Shown one piece after another: positions 48,072 to 60,194 of a stretch of 64,000 bases of DNA. The number at the start of each line of letters is the position of its first letter. The stretch's first letter is position 1. The DNA lies in assembly GCA_963665115.1 (NCBI GenBank), contig OY762007.1:4096001-4160000 (forward strand), written 5' to 3'. Made by a program: the position numbers and the translations under genes. The notes beneath the pieces were generated by a model. It searched no databases. It was not told the DNA's origin and was given only the letters and a program-made list of their open reading frames with translations. The stretch is from an uncultured Rivularia sp. Lineage in GTDB: Bacteria > Cyanobacteriota > Cyanobacteriia > Cyanobacteriales > Nostocaceae.

Positions 48072-51000
48072 TTAACCGATAAAATCAACCTTAACAATCA
48101 AGTCGTTATAATCAAAGTCACCACCCTTGGGTAAATCCTCAAAACCAAAGGTATTGTCAGCAAGTAACTTAATATGGTCAACACCATCACTATTCGCTCC
48201 CAAGTATGGGAAGTAAATTGAAGGGTCGTTGCTGGTATCATCGTCGTTAAGTTGGTCAAGATTACCGTTAACAATAATCAACGGAGCAATAATCGAACCA
48301 GCTTCCATTTGAGCAACCCCGGTTTCAAGTCCTTGATTATCAGCACTGAATTCAACAACTTCACCTGTAACCGCATCTTTAACAATGTTATCTAAAGCAA
48401 CTTGCAGATAGTTATCGGTATTTGGTGCGAATCCGTCAACTTCACCCGCTACATTATCAACTTGATAGAAGTAAACTTCGTTGTCGAATGCAGCTTCTCG
48501 GAATACAGAAAACTCAGCAGTTACTTGTCCGGTAACACCAGTTAAATCAATTAATTCAAGGGAAGAATTCTGAAGATTTGTACCTATCGCTAAATCTTGG
48601 GAACTTGGTTGAATATCTACTACCAAATCATCATTCCAAGCAAGAGAAAATCCTGAATCACCATTCGATTCTACCTGTAAATTAGTGGTGTTAGAGAAAA
48701 TCACTTGTTCAGTAGAATTACTATCTTGAGCGAAATAAAATCTAATATTCTCACCGTTAGCAAATTCCAAAATGCGAGTATTAGTTTCAGCATCAAAACT
48801 GTTAGGAGAATTAGCTAGTGCAGAGAAAATAACTTGCGCTCTTTCAAGTGCTGCACTTGTGTAACCAGCTTCATCGGGAAGAATACCGTTGATGCTACCT
48901 TGCTCATCATCAACTACAAATACTCCCAGTTCGGTTACAGCATCGGAATCGTTACCACTCAAAGTTACTTGTAGTTTGGGATTACCAATTTCTTGAGAAA
49001 GATTAAAGATTGCTAATTCAGAATTAGTTTGGTTAATTTCTCCTGTAAAAATCTGTTCTAATTTCTGCTGCAATTGAGTTTGAGCATCTTCTGGTGTGAT
49101 AGTATTGGCACCAACTTCATACAATAATTCGGGAATTTGGTTGTAAGCAATTTGTTTGATGCTCGCGCTTCTTTCTAATAAAGATTCTTCATCCTCTGCT
49201 AAAGGTAATAATGCTCTATCGATAAATTGCAGCGTCAACCCAAAGCTATCAGCCAAGAAACTGGTATCTTTATTATCAATGAGCGACAGAATCGAATCAT
49301 CTAAATTACTGTTGAAAGCTTCTTGGAACGCTTTTTGTATTGCTTCATCATCTAAGTCAGCATCCAACTCACTTAAACTGAGTAATCCAGTTGCAGTTAC
49401 AGCGACGCTTAACTCGTCTACTTCTGCAAATTCTTTACCAGTAGCACCGCTCAAGAAATGGGTCACTCCATGCAGTAAAGCAGCTACTCGAATGTGGCTA
49501 AGGTAAGTAGTTGCAGCTAATTCTGTATCGGTACCTTGCCCCAAAGCTTCAACGGGGTTGAAGGTATGAATATCTACCGACTCATCAATACCCAACACTT
49601 GCTTGATTTGTGCTTCTGCGCTGTCATGCTCCATCCCGGTTTGCATCAACCGTTGTACCATTGTCGTCAACGGGGTAATCATTGTACTACCTGCTACTGC
49701 CCATAAGTCGGAATGCAATGGCACATCACCAATGGTATCGGTTCCTCCAGTTGCTACCAGTCGTCCTTCTTCGTAATCTAATTCACCGTTATTATTGGTG
49801 TCGAATATGTTTAATGGGATCGTTAGGTCATACTCGCCATCGGCATTGGTAACGGTAAAGGGTTCTTCTTCATCAATTTCATTGTTGAAATTAGCATCCC
49901 AGTAGACGGTAGAAGTTTCTACTGGTCCGTTGGATACCGTACCTGATTCGCTAGAATACTGGATTTCGTAAGCCCCGATATCGGTAGCATCACCACTTGA
50001 ACGCTCGTAGCCGTCACCGCGTTGGTCGGTTTCTAAATTGTCGTCGTTATTACCAGCATCAAGAGCAGGGCTATCATCTAGCAGAGCATGGGTGTAGGTG
50101 GAACCGCCGTTATCAGCTAAGGTTGTGTCGAGGATGTCTTCTAAAGCTGTTGGGTTTGTGCCGTCGCTGAAAGCGGTGATGTCGCTGTCTTCTAAAGTAA
50201 CATTCACCAATGCCTGTGCTTCAGTTTGGCTATCGTCGCCGAATAAATTATTTCCATCCGAAGAAGTTGTACCACCGAAAGTTGAAGAGTAGACTTCGTT
50301 GCCATCTTCGTCTGCTGTATTGCCAGAAATTAAACTACTGGTGATATTTAATTGTCCCGAATCTCTGGATAAACCACCACCATCATCCCCAGCGATATTA
50401 TTTATAACAGTACTGTTACTCAAGTTAAGAGTACCGCCGATTAAAGCAATGCCACCACCATAACTTTCAGTTGCTTCGTTACCAGAAATTGTACTGTTAC
50501 TGATGGTGATTGTATCACTACTTAAAATTTTAATACCACCTGCGTGATAGATAGCCGTGTTATTAGAAATAGTACTGTTATTTAGGTATAAATTAGCTCG
50601 AAAATCGTTATGAATACCGCCACCATACTCGGCTGTATTACCAGAGATGGTGCTATCGGTGATAGTAAGAGTTTCTAAATTATAAATACCACCACCGCTA
50701 ACTGCGTCCACAGCCGAATCGTAACCAGTATAAACAAATGAGCCTGTATTTCCTCCTGTAATTGTTAAACCAGTGATTTCAACTGTCTCTTGATTGAAAT
50801 AATCACCATCAGAAATGTAGAACACCCGGCTATTCTCTTGAGCATCGATGGTTAAGTCAACATTAGAGCCGTCGATTGTAACCGAGCGCTCAATCTCCAA
50901 CTGTTCCAATAGGTAGATAGTCTCGCCATCTAAAGATGCATCAAACTCAATATTTCCGCCATCTTCAACAAGAATCAGCGCTTCTCGAAGCGATAAATCA

Positions 51001-53840
51001 TTATCAGAGAAGTTACCGTCTAATTCGTCTTCTAAAAGCGTAACTGTAACATTTGCAGCGTTAGTGAAACTAGTATTGTCCGTGATGTTTTCAATATTCT
51101 CGAAAGAGAAATAATCAGCGCTGGTATTCCCACTCAACACCACTGTATCGCTATCCGAGCTAGAACCAATAAAGTTTTCTACATTGGTGATAATGTCAGT
51201 GCTACCCGAACCATCAGTTACCGTAATGCTGCTAGCATCGGTATTGATATAAATAGTAACTGCACTGTCACTATCGCTATAATCAACGGTATCGCTTCCG
51301 GTTCCACCATCAAAAGTATTATCGTTGCTGTCACTAACAAAAGTATCGTCGTAATCCGAGCCAATTACATTGTCAATATCAACTAAAGTATCGGTACCAC
51401 CATCTCCATCGCTAGCCGTACCCGCTTCTAAATCAACGCTAATACCACTACTTGCCGTGCTGTAGCTAACGGTGTCGGTGTCATCTTCAGTATCCCCATC
51501 ATCGGCAGTACCGCCATAAATTGTATCATCGCCTCCACGACCTTCGAGAGTATCGTTCCCTTCACCGCCTTCAAGGATATTATTATTATCGTCGCCCGTA
51601 ATACTATCATCGTAGCTAGAACCAGTTACGTTCTCAATACCAGAGATATAATCTTGGTCTCCATAGCCATCATTAGTAACTGCTTGTTGGGTAGAGGGTT
51701 CGTAGGTGGAGCTATCATCATAATCGTCCGCAGACTGATTAATTAAATCTACAGTCACACCATCTTCTGCATTAATATAGCTAACAGTGTCGCTGCCACC
51801 CTCACCAAAAATTAAATCCTCACCAGCTACACCATGAAGAATATTGTCGTTATCATCACCAATAAGGGTATCACTGTAGGAACTTCCCGAAAGATTTTCA
51901 ATGCTGTAAAGTTTATCTAAACCTTGTTCTTTAGTTGAACTTTCGGGTAAACCATCATTGGCTGTAGCATACTCCTCACCGTCTGTATCTACAGATACAT
52001 TAGAAAGGTCTACATAAACACCTTGGGTAGCACCGATGAAAAATGCAGTGTCGCTACCATCACCACCGTAGAGTTCGTCATCACCTTCACCACCATCAAG
52101 CCAGTCATCGCCACCATAACCGAAGATTTCATCTTCATCGTCCGTATCAGCATTGTCTTTAGTATAGCCATAAAGAACATCGCTATACTCTTCGGTTCCA
52201 TAAATTTTATCTGTATTCTCCGTGCCATAAACGGTTTGAGGACCAAAGGCTCCAACAATGAAAAACCCACTTTCATAGTCGGTGATACCTAAATCTGAGA
52301 AACTAAAATTATCCAATTCATCCTCAGAATAAGTCTCACCTCCCTGACGGATCTGATATTCACCACCTACCTTTTCTACATAAATGGCATTATTAGTATA
52401 CTGAGTTGACAAATAATCTTTAGCATTTGCATCGTCATTAAAAAAATCTCCACCTAAATGAACCAGGAACTCATCATCATTATTTTTGAATGTTATTCCG
52501 GGTAGTCCATCATAGATATCACCAGCCGTATCAAATGCAACAGTATCATCGTCGTCATGATAAACAACTAAGAAATCTTCTGTAGGGTCGAAATCGTAAA
52601 TAACTGTACTTGTTTGAGTGCTTTCTACAGGTTCTGCGGCGCTCGTTTCTGCTCCATCTACAATGTAATCTAAAATATCTTTGGCAATGGGAACGACTTC
52701 TTTAATTAAATTTAGAGTAAAACCAATTTCGCTAGGGGCAAGTTCTTTGAGTGTAGTGAAAACTGTGTCGCTTAAATCTGTTAAAATGTTATCATAAGCA
52801 TAATCAAGAAAATCACTTCCAGTTCCAGAACCACTTCCACTGCCTGAATTTGGGTTAGCATTAATAATAAAGGTGTCTATCCCTTCCCCACCAAATATAT
52901 GGTTTTCGTCCTCATCGTAGACGCTTTCATAGATTACGTCGTTTCCATCACCACCAGAGATAACTGTATCTCCTTGACCTCCGTAAACTACGTCGTCACC
53001 TTCGTTAGCAAATAGAAAGTCTGCACCATCAGATTCAAATTCGATAGTAATCGAATCTTTATTGCTGCTATCTTCTACAACAATAGTGTAGTCACCGTCT
53101 GCAGTAGATGGTGAAGTTGTATTAGAACCAGAAATAACGTCGTCTCCAGGACCTGCCCAGATACCATCATTATATACACTTCCAATAATTTTATCGTTAC
53201 CTGAAATTTCGTATTCAGCAAAACCCAGAGCTAAGTCTTCTAGATACTCAATATAAAATGAAGTAGTGTCTGTTGTCCCATAACCATAGAAAGCATTAAA
53301 GGATGTTGTAGGCTCTATCTGACTTACGCGATTGTAATCAGAGTTAGCAACCACATATTTACCTTCACCAACATCGTCTGCTAAATAGTCTAATATGTTG
53401 TCAAATGAAGAATAGTTATCTAACGAACCACCGTAATCTTCTTCAAGAGCTTCCTCCTCTTCCTCATCAAAATTATGGTCAAGACCAGCACTGAAGTCAA
53501 GCTCCATATCCAGAACTTGATCTGAATCAAATATTGTTTGATAGTCATACAAATCAAACACGGAAATATAATCGTTTGAATTATACTCAGATTTAACGTA
53601 ACTGCCACTACCATTACCAGCAGCGAAATAATCAGTAGTTCTATCCTCAGACTCTAAATATTGACTTAAATAATTCTCAACATAAGGTAGAAATGAATGA
53701 GTAAATTGTACTTCTTCTTCATTCTCCCCAAGTATCAATCCGTTCCAGATATATTCAAAAGCATCGTCGAATGAGACAACCTCAAAAGCTTCAGTATATT
53801 CTGAGTCTCCATTGCTATACAATTTCAAGCTTTGTGTCAT
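48072..53840 (-). CDS. Giant acidic secreted protein: RTX repeats, SLREA/beta-helix region, DUF4114 C-terminus
   Basis: GGxGxD repeats, IEN(L/V)xGSxYxD repeats, LSLREAL, TISGNTA...GGGI, LADNGG.T.THAL, FGFEDLPKGGDFDYND. Confidence 0.85.
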   Translation of the reverse strand: MTQSLKLYSNGDSEYTEAFEVVSFDDAFEYIWNGLILGENEEEVQFTHSFLPYVENYLSQYLESEDRTTDYFAAGNGSGSYVKSEYNSNDYISVFDLYDYQTIFDSDQVLDMELDFSAGLDHNFDEEEEEALEEDYGGSLDNYSSFDNILDYLADDVGEGKYVVANSDYNRVSQIEPTTSFNAFYGYGTTDTTSFYIEYLEDLALGFAEYEISGNDKIIGSVYNDGIWAGPGDDVISGSNTTSPSTADGDYTIVVEDSSNKDSITIEFESDGADFLFANEGDDVVYGGQGDTVISGGDGNDVIYESVYDEDENHIFGGEGIDTFIINANPNSGSGSGSGTGSDFLDYAYDNILTDLSDTVFTTLKELAPSEIGFTLNLIKEVVPIAKDILDYIVDGAETSAAEPVESTQTSTVIYDFDPTEDFLVVYHDDDDTVAFDTAGDIYDGLPGITFKNNDDEFLVHLGGDFFNDDANAKDYLSTQYTNNAIYVEKVGGEYQIRQGGETYSEDELDNFSFSDLGITDYESGFFIVGAFGPQTVYGTENTDKIYGTEEYSDVLYGYTKDNADTDDEDEIFGYGGDDWLDGGEGDDELYGGDGSDTAFFIGATQGVYVDLSNVSVDTDGEEYATANDGLPESSTKEQGLDKLYSIENLSGSSYSDTLIGDDNDNILHGVAGEDLIFGEGGSDTVSYINAEDGVTVDLINQSADDYDDSSTYEPSTQQAVTNDGYGDQDYISGIENVTGSSYDDSITGDDNNNILEGGEGNDTLEGRGGDDTIYGGTADDGDTEDDTDTVSYSTASSGISVDLEAGTASDGDGGTDTLVDIDNVIGSDYDDTFVSDSNDNTFDGGTGSDTVDYSDSDSAVTIYINTDASSITVTDGSGSTDIITNVENFIGSSSDSDTVVLSGNTSADYFSFENIENITDNTSFTNAANVTVTLLEDELDGNFSDNDLSLREALILVEDGGNIEFDASLDGETIYLLEQLEIERSVTIDGSNVDLTIDAQENSRVFYISDGDYFNQETVEITGLTITGGNTGSFVYTGYDSAVDAVSGGGIYNLETLTITDSTISGNTAEYGGGIHNDFRANLYLNNSTISNNTAIYHAGGIKILSSDTITISNSTISGNEATESYGGGIALIGGTLNLSNSTVINNIAGDDGGGLSRDSGQLNITSSLISGNTADEDGNEVYSSTFGGTTSSDGNNLFGDDSQTEAQALVNVTLEDSDITAFSDGTNPTALEDILDTTLADNGGSTYTHALLDDSPALDAGNNDDNLETDQRGDGYERSSGDATDIGAYEIQYSSESGTVSNGPVETSTVYWDANFNNEIDEEEPFTVTNADGEYDLTIPLNIFDTNNNGELDYEEGRLVATGGTDTIGDVPLHSDLWAVAGSTMITPLTTMVQRLMQTGMEHDSAEAQIKQVLGIDESVDIHTFNPVEALGQGTDTELAATTYLSHIRVAALLHGVTHFLSGATGKEFAEVDELSVAVTATGLLSLSELDADLDDEAIQKAFQEAFNSNLDDSILSLIDNKDTSFLADSFGLTLQFIDRALLPLAEDEESLLERSASIKQIAYNQIPELLYEVGANTITPEDAQTQLQQKLEQIFTGEINQTNSELAIFNLSQEIGNPKLQVTLSGNDSDAVTELGVFVVDDEQGSINGILPDEAGYTSAALERAQVIFSALANSPNSFDAETNTRILEFANGENIRFYFAQDSNSTEQVIFSNTTNLQVESNGDSGFSLAWNDDLVVDIQPSSQDLAIGTNLQNSSLELIDLTGVTGQVTAEFSVFREAAFDNEVYFYQVDNVAGEVDGFAPNTDNYLQVALDNIVKDAVTGEVVEFSADNQGLETGVAQMEAGSIIAPLIIVNGNLDQLNDDDTSNDPSIYFPYLGANSDGVDHIKLLADNTFGFEDLPKGGDFDYNDLIVKVDFIG

Positions 53841-54605
53841 GATTATTAATTCCTTCGTGTAATTTTGTTAGCTTTTACGTCTCAACAATCCGAAAATAAT
53901 CAACGCCGATTATTTAACCCCTAAAGTCAAAGTTGAAAATCAAGTCGCTACAATCAAGGTCATTACCCTCCGGTAAATGCTCAAAACCAATTGTTGTAAA
54001 TCAAGATATCTACACCATGATTTTTGTTTCCTTATTTGTGTTCTAAGTAATATATTCATAGATACAAATAATGTAGCTCTAGGTAGATGCAATACTTAAC
54101 GAGTCTCAGCCTCTAGCTTAAATAAGCAAAAACTGATTATTTCAGTTATGAAGTGCAACCCCGTGAAAAGTCGAGTCCAATTTTGATTGTGAAATATTAA
54201 GAAATTATTTCAATAAATCAAACCAAAATTAGCTATCTACGATTAAGATTACACAGGAAATTCCTTTAAGTGGTATTGCATATTACCTTCAAAGCAGGGT
54301 AGAAAAAGTTGTCAATTTTTATCAACTTTTATCAACTTTTATCAACTTTCAGTTGAATAGTAATGGTTTTTCCTATCGGTTTTCTGTAGGAGAATAAAGC
54401 TAAAAAAGAGCATACAGGATAAATTAATTTGCATTTTTTATATAGTTGGTAATTAATATCCAATTAACTCAAATAATCATCACTTTTCGCTTAATTAATT
54501 GATAACTTATAGCAATATAGCGGTTTTCGATTATGTGAGGTACACTTTATAACTGTATTTATCAAAATTTAGCTATATTTACCATAAGCTATTGCTATAC
54601 CTGTT

Positions 54606-57600
54606 ATGCCCAATTATTTACTAATCAAGCACAAGCAAATATTCCTATGGTATAGGAATCAATTACAGGTACTTTTATCTCTGGAAAAATTAAAATCAAC
54701 ATTTCTTTACCTATCATTACTCTGGAACATTACTACCGCAATCTCCACGCTGACAATTTCCACAGTTTTGGCTCAAATCACTCCCGATACAACTTTAGAT
54801 AATTCTCCCTCTAAAGTAAATTCTCAAGGTTTGAATAATTTATTGATTGAAGGTGGAGTTAGAAACCAAAGCAATCTTTTTCACAGTTTCCAAGAATTTA
54901 ACATAAACAACGGACAGCAGGTTTTTTTTGCAAATCCCCAAGGAATAAACAATATAATCACTCGCGTTACAGGTAATAACCCTTCAAATATCAACGGTGT
55001 TTTAGGAGTTAACGGTTTAGCAAATTTATTTTTTATTAATCCCAACGGAATTATCTTTGGTAAAGGTTCTCGTCTTGATGTAAATGGTTCTTTTATCGGT
55101 GCGACTGCTGAGAGCGTAATCTTCTCAGATGATAGTATTTTTAGTGCTGTTGAACCGAATAATCCAGCGTTATTAAAAGTAAACGTTCCTTTGGGTTTGC
55201 AATACGGTAAAAATACCGCAGCAATTCAACTAAAAGAAGCTAATTTACAAGTAAAACCTGGTGAAAGTTTAAGTTTAATTGGTGGAAATGTTGATCTAGA
55301 AAATTCTACTCTCAAAGCACCGGGGGGAACGATTCAATTAGGTGGTTTGTTAGCTTCGGGAACTGTGAATTTAAATGATTTAAAATCCTTCAGCTTTCCA
55401 GAAAACGTAAAACTTGCTGATGTTTCTTTAACTAATAAATCCAATATTGAAGTTATAGCTAGTGGTGGTGGAGATATTTTTGTCAATGCGAATAATTTTT
55501 CTTTAAATAACAGTAGTTTTCGAGCCGGAATTAAAGATAGATTGGGAGATAGAGAAGCAGTTGCGGGTGATATTTCTATTAACGCTACAGGAGATATTAA
55601 TATTGACCAAGACAGTAATATTAGGAATATTTTAGAACTTAATTCTTTGGGTAGTGGAGGAAAAATTGATATCAAAACAAATAACTTTTTCCTTAAAGAT
55701 TCAAATATATTAACCAATACTGGTAGTATTGGTGATGCGGGAAATATCACGATTGAAGCAGCGAATAATTTAGAAGTTATTTCTAGTCCCCAAAACATAG
55801 CTTTAGGAATAAGAGGAAGAAAAGGTATATTTTCCAGAGTTGAAAGAAATGGCACTGGGAATGGTGGTAATATTACTGTCAAAGCTCCGGATATTACTCT
55901 TTCAGGTATTGGCGGTATTGAAAGCGGAAGCAGTGGTTTGGGAAATGCTGGGAAAATATTGATAGAAAGCGATCGCCTTAAAATCATTGAGAATGCAGTT
56001 GTATCAGCAAATACAGCGAATTTAGGGAATGCTGGAGAAATTTTAATTAAGTCATCTGAGTTTATTGAAGTCAGTAATAAAATTAGCGATTCTCGATTTG
56101 CAAATTTAACCGGACCACCGGGAGGAATTGTTGTAGATGTACGTCCACGAGGTACTGGAAATGGTGGCAAAATTAGTTTAGAAACCACAAGATTAACTAT
56201 AAAAGATGGAGCATTGGTTGTAGCGGGTAGTAGAGGAGGAGGAAATGCTGGTGATATAAATATTCGTGCTACAGAATTAATTGAAGTTACTGGTAGAAGT
56301 CAAAACGATAGAAATATGTATACCAGTCAAATAGGTACAGCATTACAGGAAAATTCCACGGGTAAACAAGGGGGTAATCTTTTTTTAGAAACCAAGAATT
56401 TGATTGTTAGTAATGGAGCAGAAATTGATGTTAGTACAAATAATTCTGGACAAGCTGGAGATTTAACTGTTATAGCATCTGAATCGGTTTTTTTAGGGGG
56501 ATTATATGAAGGTATTCCCAGCCGTTTGCAATCTCAAGTCGATAAAAATGGTAGCGGAACGGGAGGAGATATTTTAGTTCAAACTGGAATAATAAATTTA
56601 AAAAATGGCGCTCAAATTTCTGCTGCTAATTTAGGAAAGGGAAATAGTGGTAACGTTAATATCTTTGCTGATGAAATAAATATAGCCGGTTCTACATTAG
56701 CTCTTGAAAAATTGCCTTTTAGAACTTCCGAATTTGTCACAGATGACACGGGGAATTTATTTCCGAGCGGAATTTTTAGCAGTTCATTACAAGTAGGAGA
56801 TGCAGGTAATTTAGAAATAGAAACGGGTAAATTAACTCTTGAAGATAAGGCTCAAATTTCAGTCAGCAGTCAACAACTTGGTGCAGCAGGAAATTTGGAA
56901 ATTCAAGCAAATCAAATTTATCTCGATAATGCAATAATCAGCGCTGACACTGTAGCGGGAGATAAAGGAAGTATTTATTTGAATGGTGCAGATATTCGAT
57001 TGCGTCAAGGTAGTCGGTTAACAACAAATGCGACTCAAACTGCTACCGGAGGTAACATTGATATTGATAGCTTAACTTTAGTTGGTTTAGAAAATAGCGA
57101 TATTACAGCTAATGCAGAAGATAATTTTGGTGGTAGAGTAATTATCAATGCTGAAGCACTTTTTGGGATTGCGTTTAGAGATTTTATCACTCCACAAAGC
57201 GATATTACTGCAACTTCTGCGTTGGGAGCAGAATTTAATGGTGTCGTCGAAATTAACACCCCAGATATTGACCCCTACTTCTGCGTTGGAAGAGTTACCA
57301 GAAACATTTACCAACCCATCGCAAATTACAGCGGGATGTCCCGCTGATGGAGGAAATAAGTTTGCTGAAACAGGAAGAGGTGGTTTACCAAAAAGTCCTC
57401 AAGAAGTTTTACGTTCTCAGGTAGTTGTTGAAGATTGGAGAGTTTCGCTTGGGGAAGTTGTTGATAAAGCAGAAATTCAACAAGAAGAAAATAAATTTAC
57501 CCCAATTGTTGAAGCTCAAGGTTGGATTGTAAACGAAGACGGAGTTATCGAATTTGTGGCTAATTTACCTAAAGATAATGTCCCTGTTGGAAACAATTCA

Positions 57601-57615
57601 GTAAATTGTGGTTAA
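54606..57615 (+). CDS. Filamentous hemagglutinin-family (TpsA-like) protein (extra C at 57272-57275)
   Basis: AQITPD, NLFHSF, NLFFINPNGI, GxAGxI repeats; the C-terminal GRGGLP...IVEAQGW lies in ORF 57148-57615. Confidence 0.88.
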
Positions 57616-57779
57616 AGCTGTGAAAAATTAACGGTTAACAATTAACGAGAAAATTGTAGGTTGGGTTGAGCCACGTTAGCGAAGCGTGTCCGATAGGACA
57701 TAAACTAACACAAAATCTATTGTTACAAAATTCAAAAAATTGGGAAACATAAGAAAGTCAATTTCAGTAATATCCTGTA

Positions 57780-59918
57780 ATGAAAGCCGTTTTACAACAC
57801 AGCGAAGAAGATTGTGGTGCTGCTTGTTTGGCTACTGTTGCGAAACACTACGGTAGAACTTTCACTCTGAGCAGAATGCGAGAATTTGTTGGTACGGGTA
57901 GTCAAGGTACTACTCTTTTAGGGTTGAAGCGGGGAGCAGAAAATTTAGGATTTAATGCTCGTACACTCAGAGCTACTCCTAAGCTGATCGAATCGTTAGA
58001 TCAAATAACTTTGCCTGCAATTATTCACTGGAAGGGCTATCACTGGGTAGTATTATTCCAGCAAAAGGGAAACAAATATGTAATTGCAGATCCTGCTGTG
58101 GGTATACGCAACCTTAGCAAGCGGGAATTAACGCAAGGTTGGGTAAATGGCGTAATGTTGCTCTTAAACCCCGATGATAACCGTTTTTACCAACAAGAAT
58201 CAGATAAGATAGACGGTTTTGGTCGTTTTTTGAAACGGGTTTTACCTTATCGGTATATTTTAGCAGAAGCGATCGCCATTAATATTGTGGTGGGTTTGCT
58301 GGCTTTGGCAACTCCTTTTATGATGCAAATACTGACGGATGATGTATTGGTTAGGGGTGATATCCAGCTTTTAACTACTGTCAGTATTGCGGTGATGGGG
58401 ATGAATGTTTTTCGCTCTGCAATTGGTATTGTGCAATCCCATCTTGTAGGACAATATGCTCAACGGTTAGAATTAGGTTTGATTTTAGATTATGGCTATA
58501 AGCTGCTACGTTTACCTTTATCTTATTTTGAAGCTCGTCGTAGTGGAGAAGTTGTTAGCCGTATTAGTGATGTTAGGAAAATCAATCAACTGGTTTCTCA
58601 AGTTGTTTTAAGTTTACCCAGTCAATTTTTTATCGCTGTCATCTCTTTAGGGATAATGTTATTTTACAGTTGGCAGCTTGCTTTGGCTTCTATACTCGCT
58701 TTTATTATAGTTATAGCTGTTAACTTTTTATTTTTACCCGCATTGCGCCAAAAAACCCGCGCTACGATTATTTTAGGTACGGAAAATCAAGGTTTTTTGG
58801 TAGAAACATTTCGCGGTATTCAAATTCTCAAAACAACTCAGGGAACTCCCCAAGCTTGGGAGGAATATCAAGCTAATTACAGTCGTCTTGCTAATCTCAA
58901 CTGGAGTACTATGAAGTTGGGATTATATAGCAACACATTTACAACTTTGCTCAATAGTCTGACAAATGTTGGTTTACTTTGGCTGGGCAGTTATTTTGTA
59001 ATTAATCGCACCCTCAGCATCGGACAATTACTTGCTTTTAACGGTATGAGCGGTAATTTCTTAGGCTTTTTAGGTGTCGCGATGGGATTAATTGATGAAT
59101 TTATTACTGCTCAAGTAGTAATTAAACGGTTGACTGAAGTTTTAGATGCGAAAGAGGAAGATGAAAACGGGAATGAAAAACCTTGGGTAGAAATTTCAGA
59201 AAAAGCCAATATCGTCTGCGACAAACTTAATTTTCACCATCAAGGTAGAGTTAACCTGCTCAAGGATTTTTCTTTAACTATTCCCGGTGGAAAGGTGACA
59301 GCTTTGATTGGACAATCTGGCTGTGGTAAAAGTACTTTAGTTAAAATTATTGGCGGATTGTACGAATTGCAATCGGGAAATATCCGCTACGATATTTACA
59401 ATCAAGACGATATTTCCTTAGAATGTCGCCGACAGCAGATAGTATTAGTTCCCCAAGAGCCTCATTTTTGGAGTCGCTCAATTGTTGATAATTTCCGCTT
59501 TGCCTATCCTAGCGTTGATTTTGAACAAATTGTTAAAGCTTGTCAGATAGCTTATGCAGATGAATTTATCAGCGAATTACCAGATAAATACCATACTATT
59601 TTAGGGGAATTTGGTACAAACCTTTCTGGGGGACAAAGACAAAGATTAGCGATCGCCAGAGCAATTGTCACAAACCCACCGATTTTAATTTTAGATGAAT
59701 CTACTGGTGCTTTAGATCCAGTTTTGGAAAGTAAAGTATTAGAAAGCTTATTAGAATATCGTCAAGGAAAAACAACGATTATGATTAGTCATCGCCCTAG
59801 AGTCATTGGACGTGCGAACTTTATTGTACTGTTGGAAAAAGGAGAATTGCAGCTTACAGGTAATCCTCAAGAATTACTACAAAAACCAGGGAAACATTTA
59901 GATTTTCTAACACCTTGA
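57780..59918 (+). CDS. C39 peptidase-domain ABC transporter (type I secretion)
   Basis: QHSEEDCGAAC, HWVV, TM domain, GQSGCGKST, LSGGQRQR, ILDES. Confidence 0.95.
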   Translation: MKAVLQHSEEDCGAACLATVAKHYGRTFTLSRMREFVGTGSQGTTLLGLKRGAENLGFNARTLRATPKLIESLDQITLPAIIHWKGYHWVVLFQQKGNKYVIADPAVGIRNLSKRELTQGWVNGVMLLLNPDDNRFYQQESDKIDGFGRFLKRVLPYRYILAEAIAINIVVGLLALATPFMMQILTDDVLVRGDIQLLTTVSIAVMGMNVFRSAIGIVQSHLVGQYAQRLELGLILDYGYKLLRLPLSYFEARRSGEVVSRISDVRKINQLVSQVVLSLPSQFFIAVISLGIMLFYSWQLALASILAFIIVIAVNFLFLPALRQKTRATIILGTENQGFLVETFRGIQILKTTQGTPQAWEEYQANYSRLANLNWSTMKLGLYSNTFTTLLNSLTNVGLLWLGSYFVINRTLSIGQLLAFNGMSGNFLGFLGVAMGLIDEFITAQVVIKRLTEVLDAKEEDENGNEKPWVEISEKANIVCDKLNFHHQGRVNLLKDFSLTIPGGKVTALIGQSGCGKSTLVKIIGGLYELQSGNIRYDIYNQDDISLECRRQQIVLVPQEPHFWSRSIVDNFRFAYPSVDFEQIVKACQIAYADEFISELPDKYHTILGEFGTNLSGGQRQRLAIARAIVTNPPILILDESTGALDPVLESKVLESLLEYRQGKTTIMISHRPRVIGRANFIVLLEKGELQLTGNPQELLQKPGKHLDFLTP

Positions 59919-60194
59919 GAATATAGCGCTTTTCACCGTTGATGGAATACACATTAACCTCACCCCCATCCCCTCTCCTTGTCAAGGAGAGGGGTGGAAG
60001 GAAAGGGGTAAGGTTGCGACTTATGGACTCAATTGAAAACTGCTATATATGAGTATTCCTAAACAAAGGTGAGATGACTATTAATAGCATTCCTAAATCA
60101 TTTGTGAGATTTTAGAAACCCGGTTTTTTGGAAAAACCGGGTTTGTGGCACCTACCTTTTTTACGACTCATCTAGGATTGCTATATGAGTATTC

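Noticed and set aside
55334..56188. 284-aa antisense ORF, and similar shadow ORFs over the pentapeptide gene, gatA, nifV and nifS
   Set aside because: Antisense or out-of-frame shadows of repetitive or well-conserved real genes
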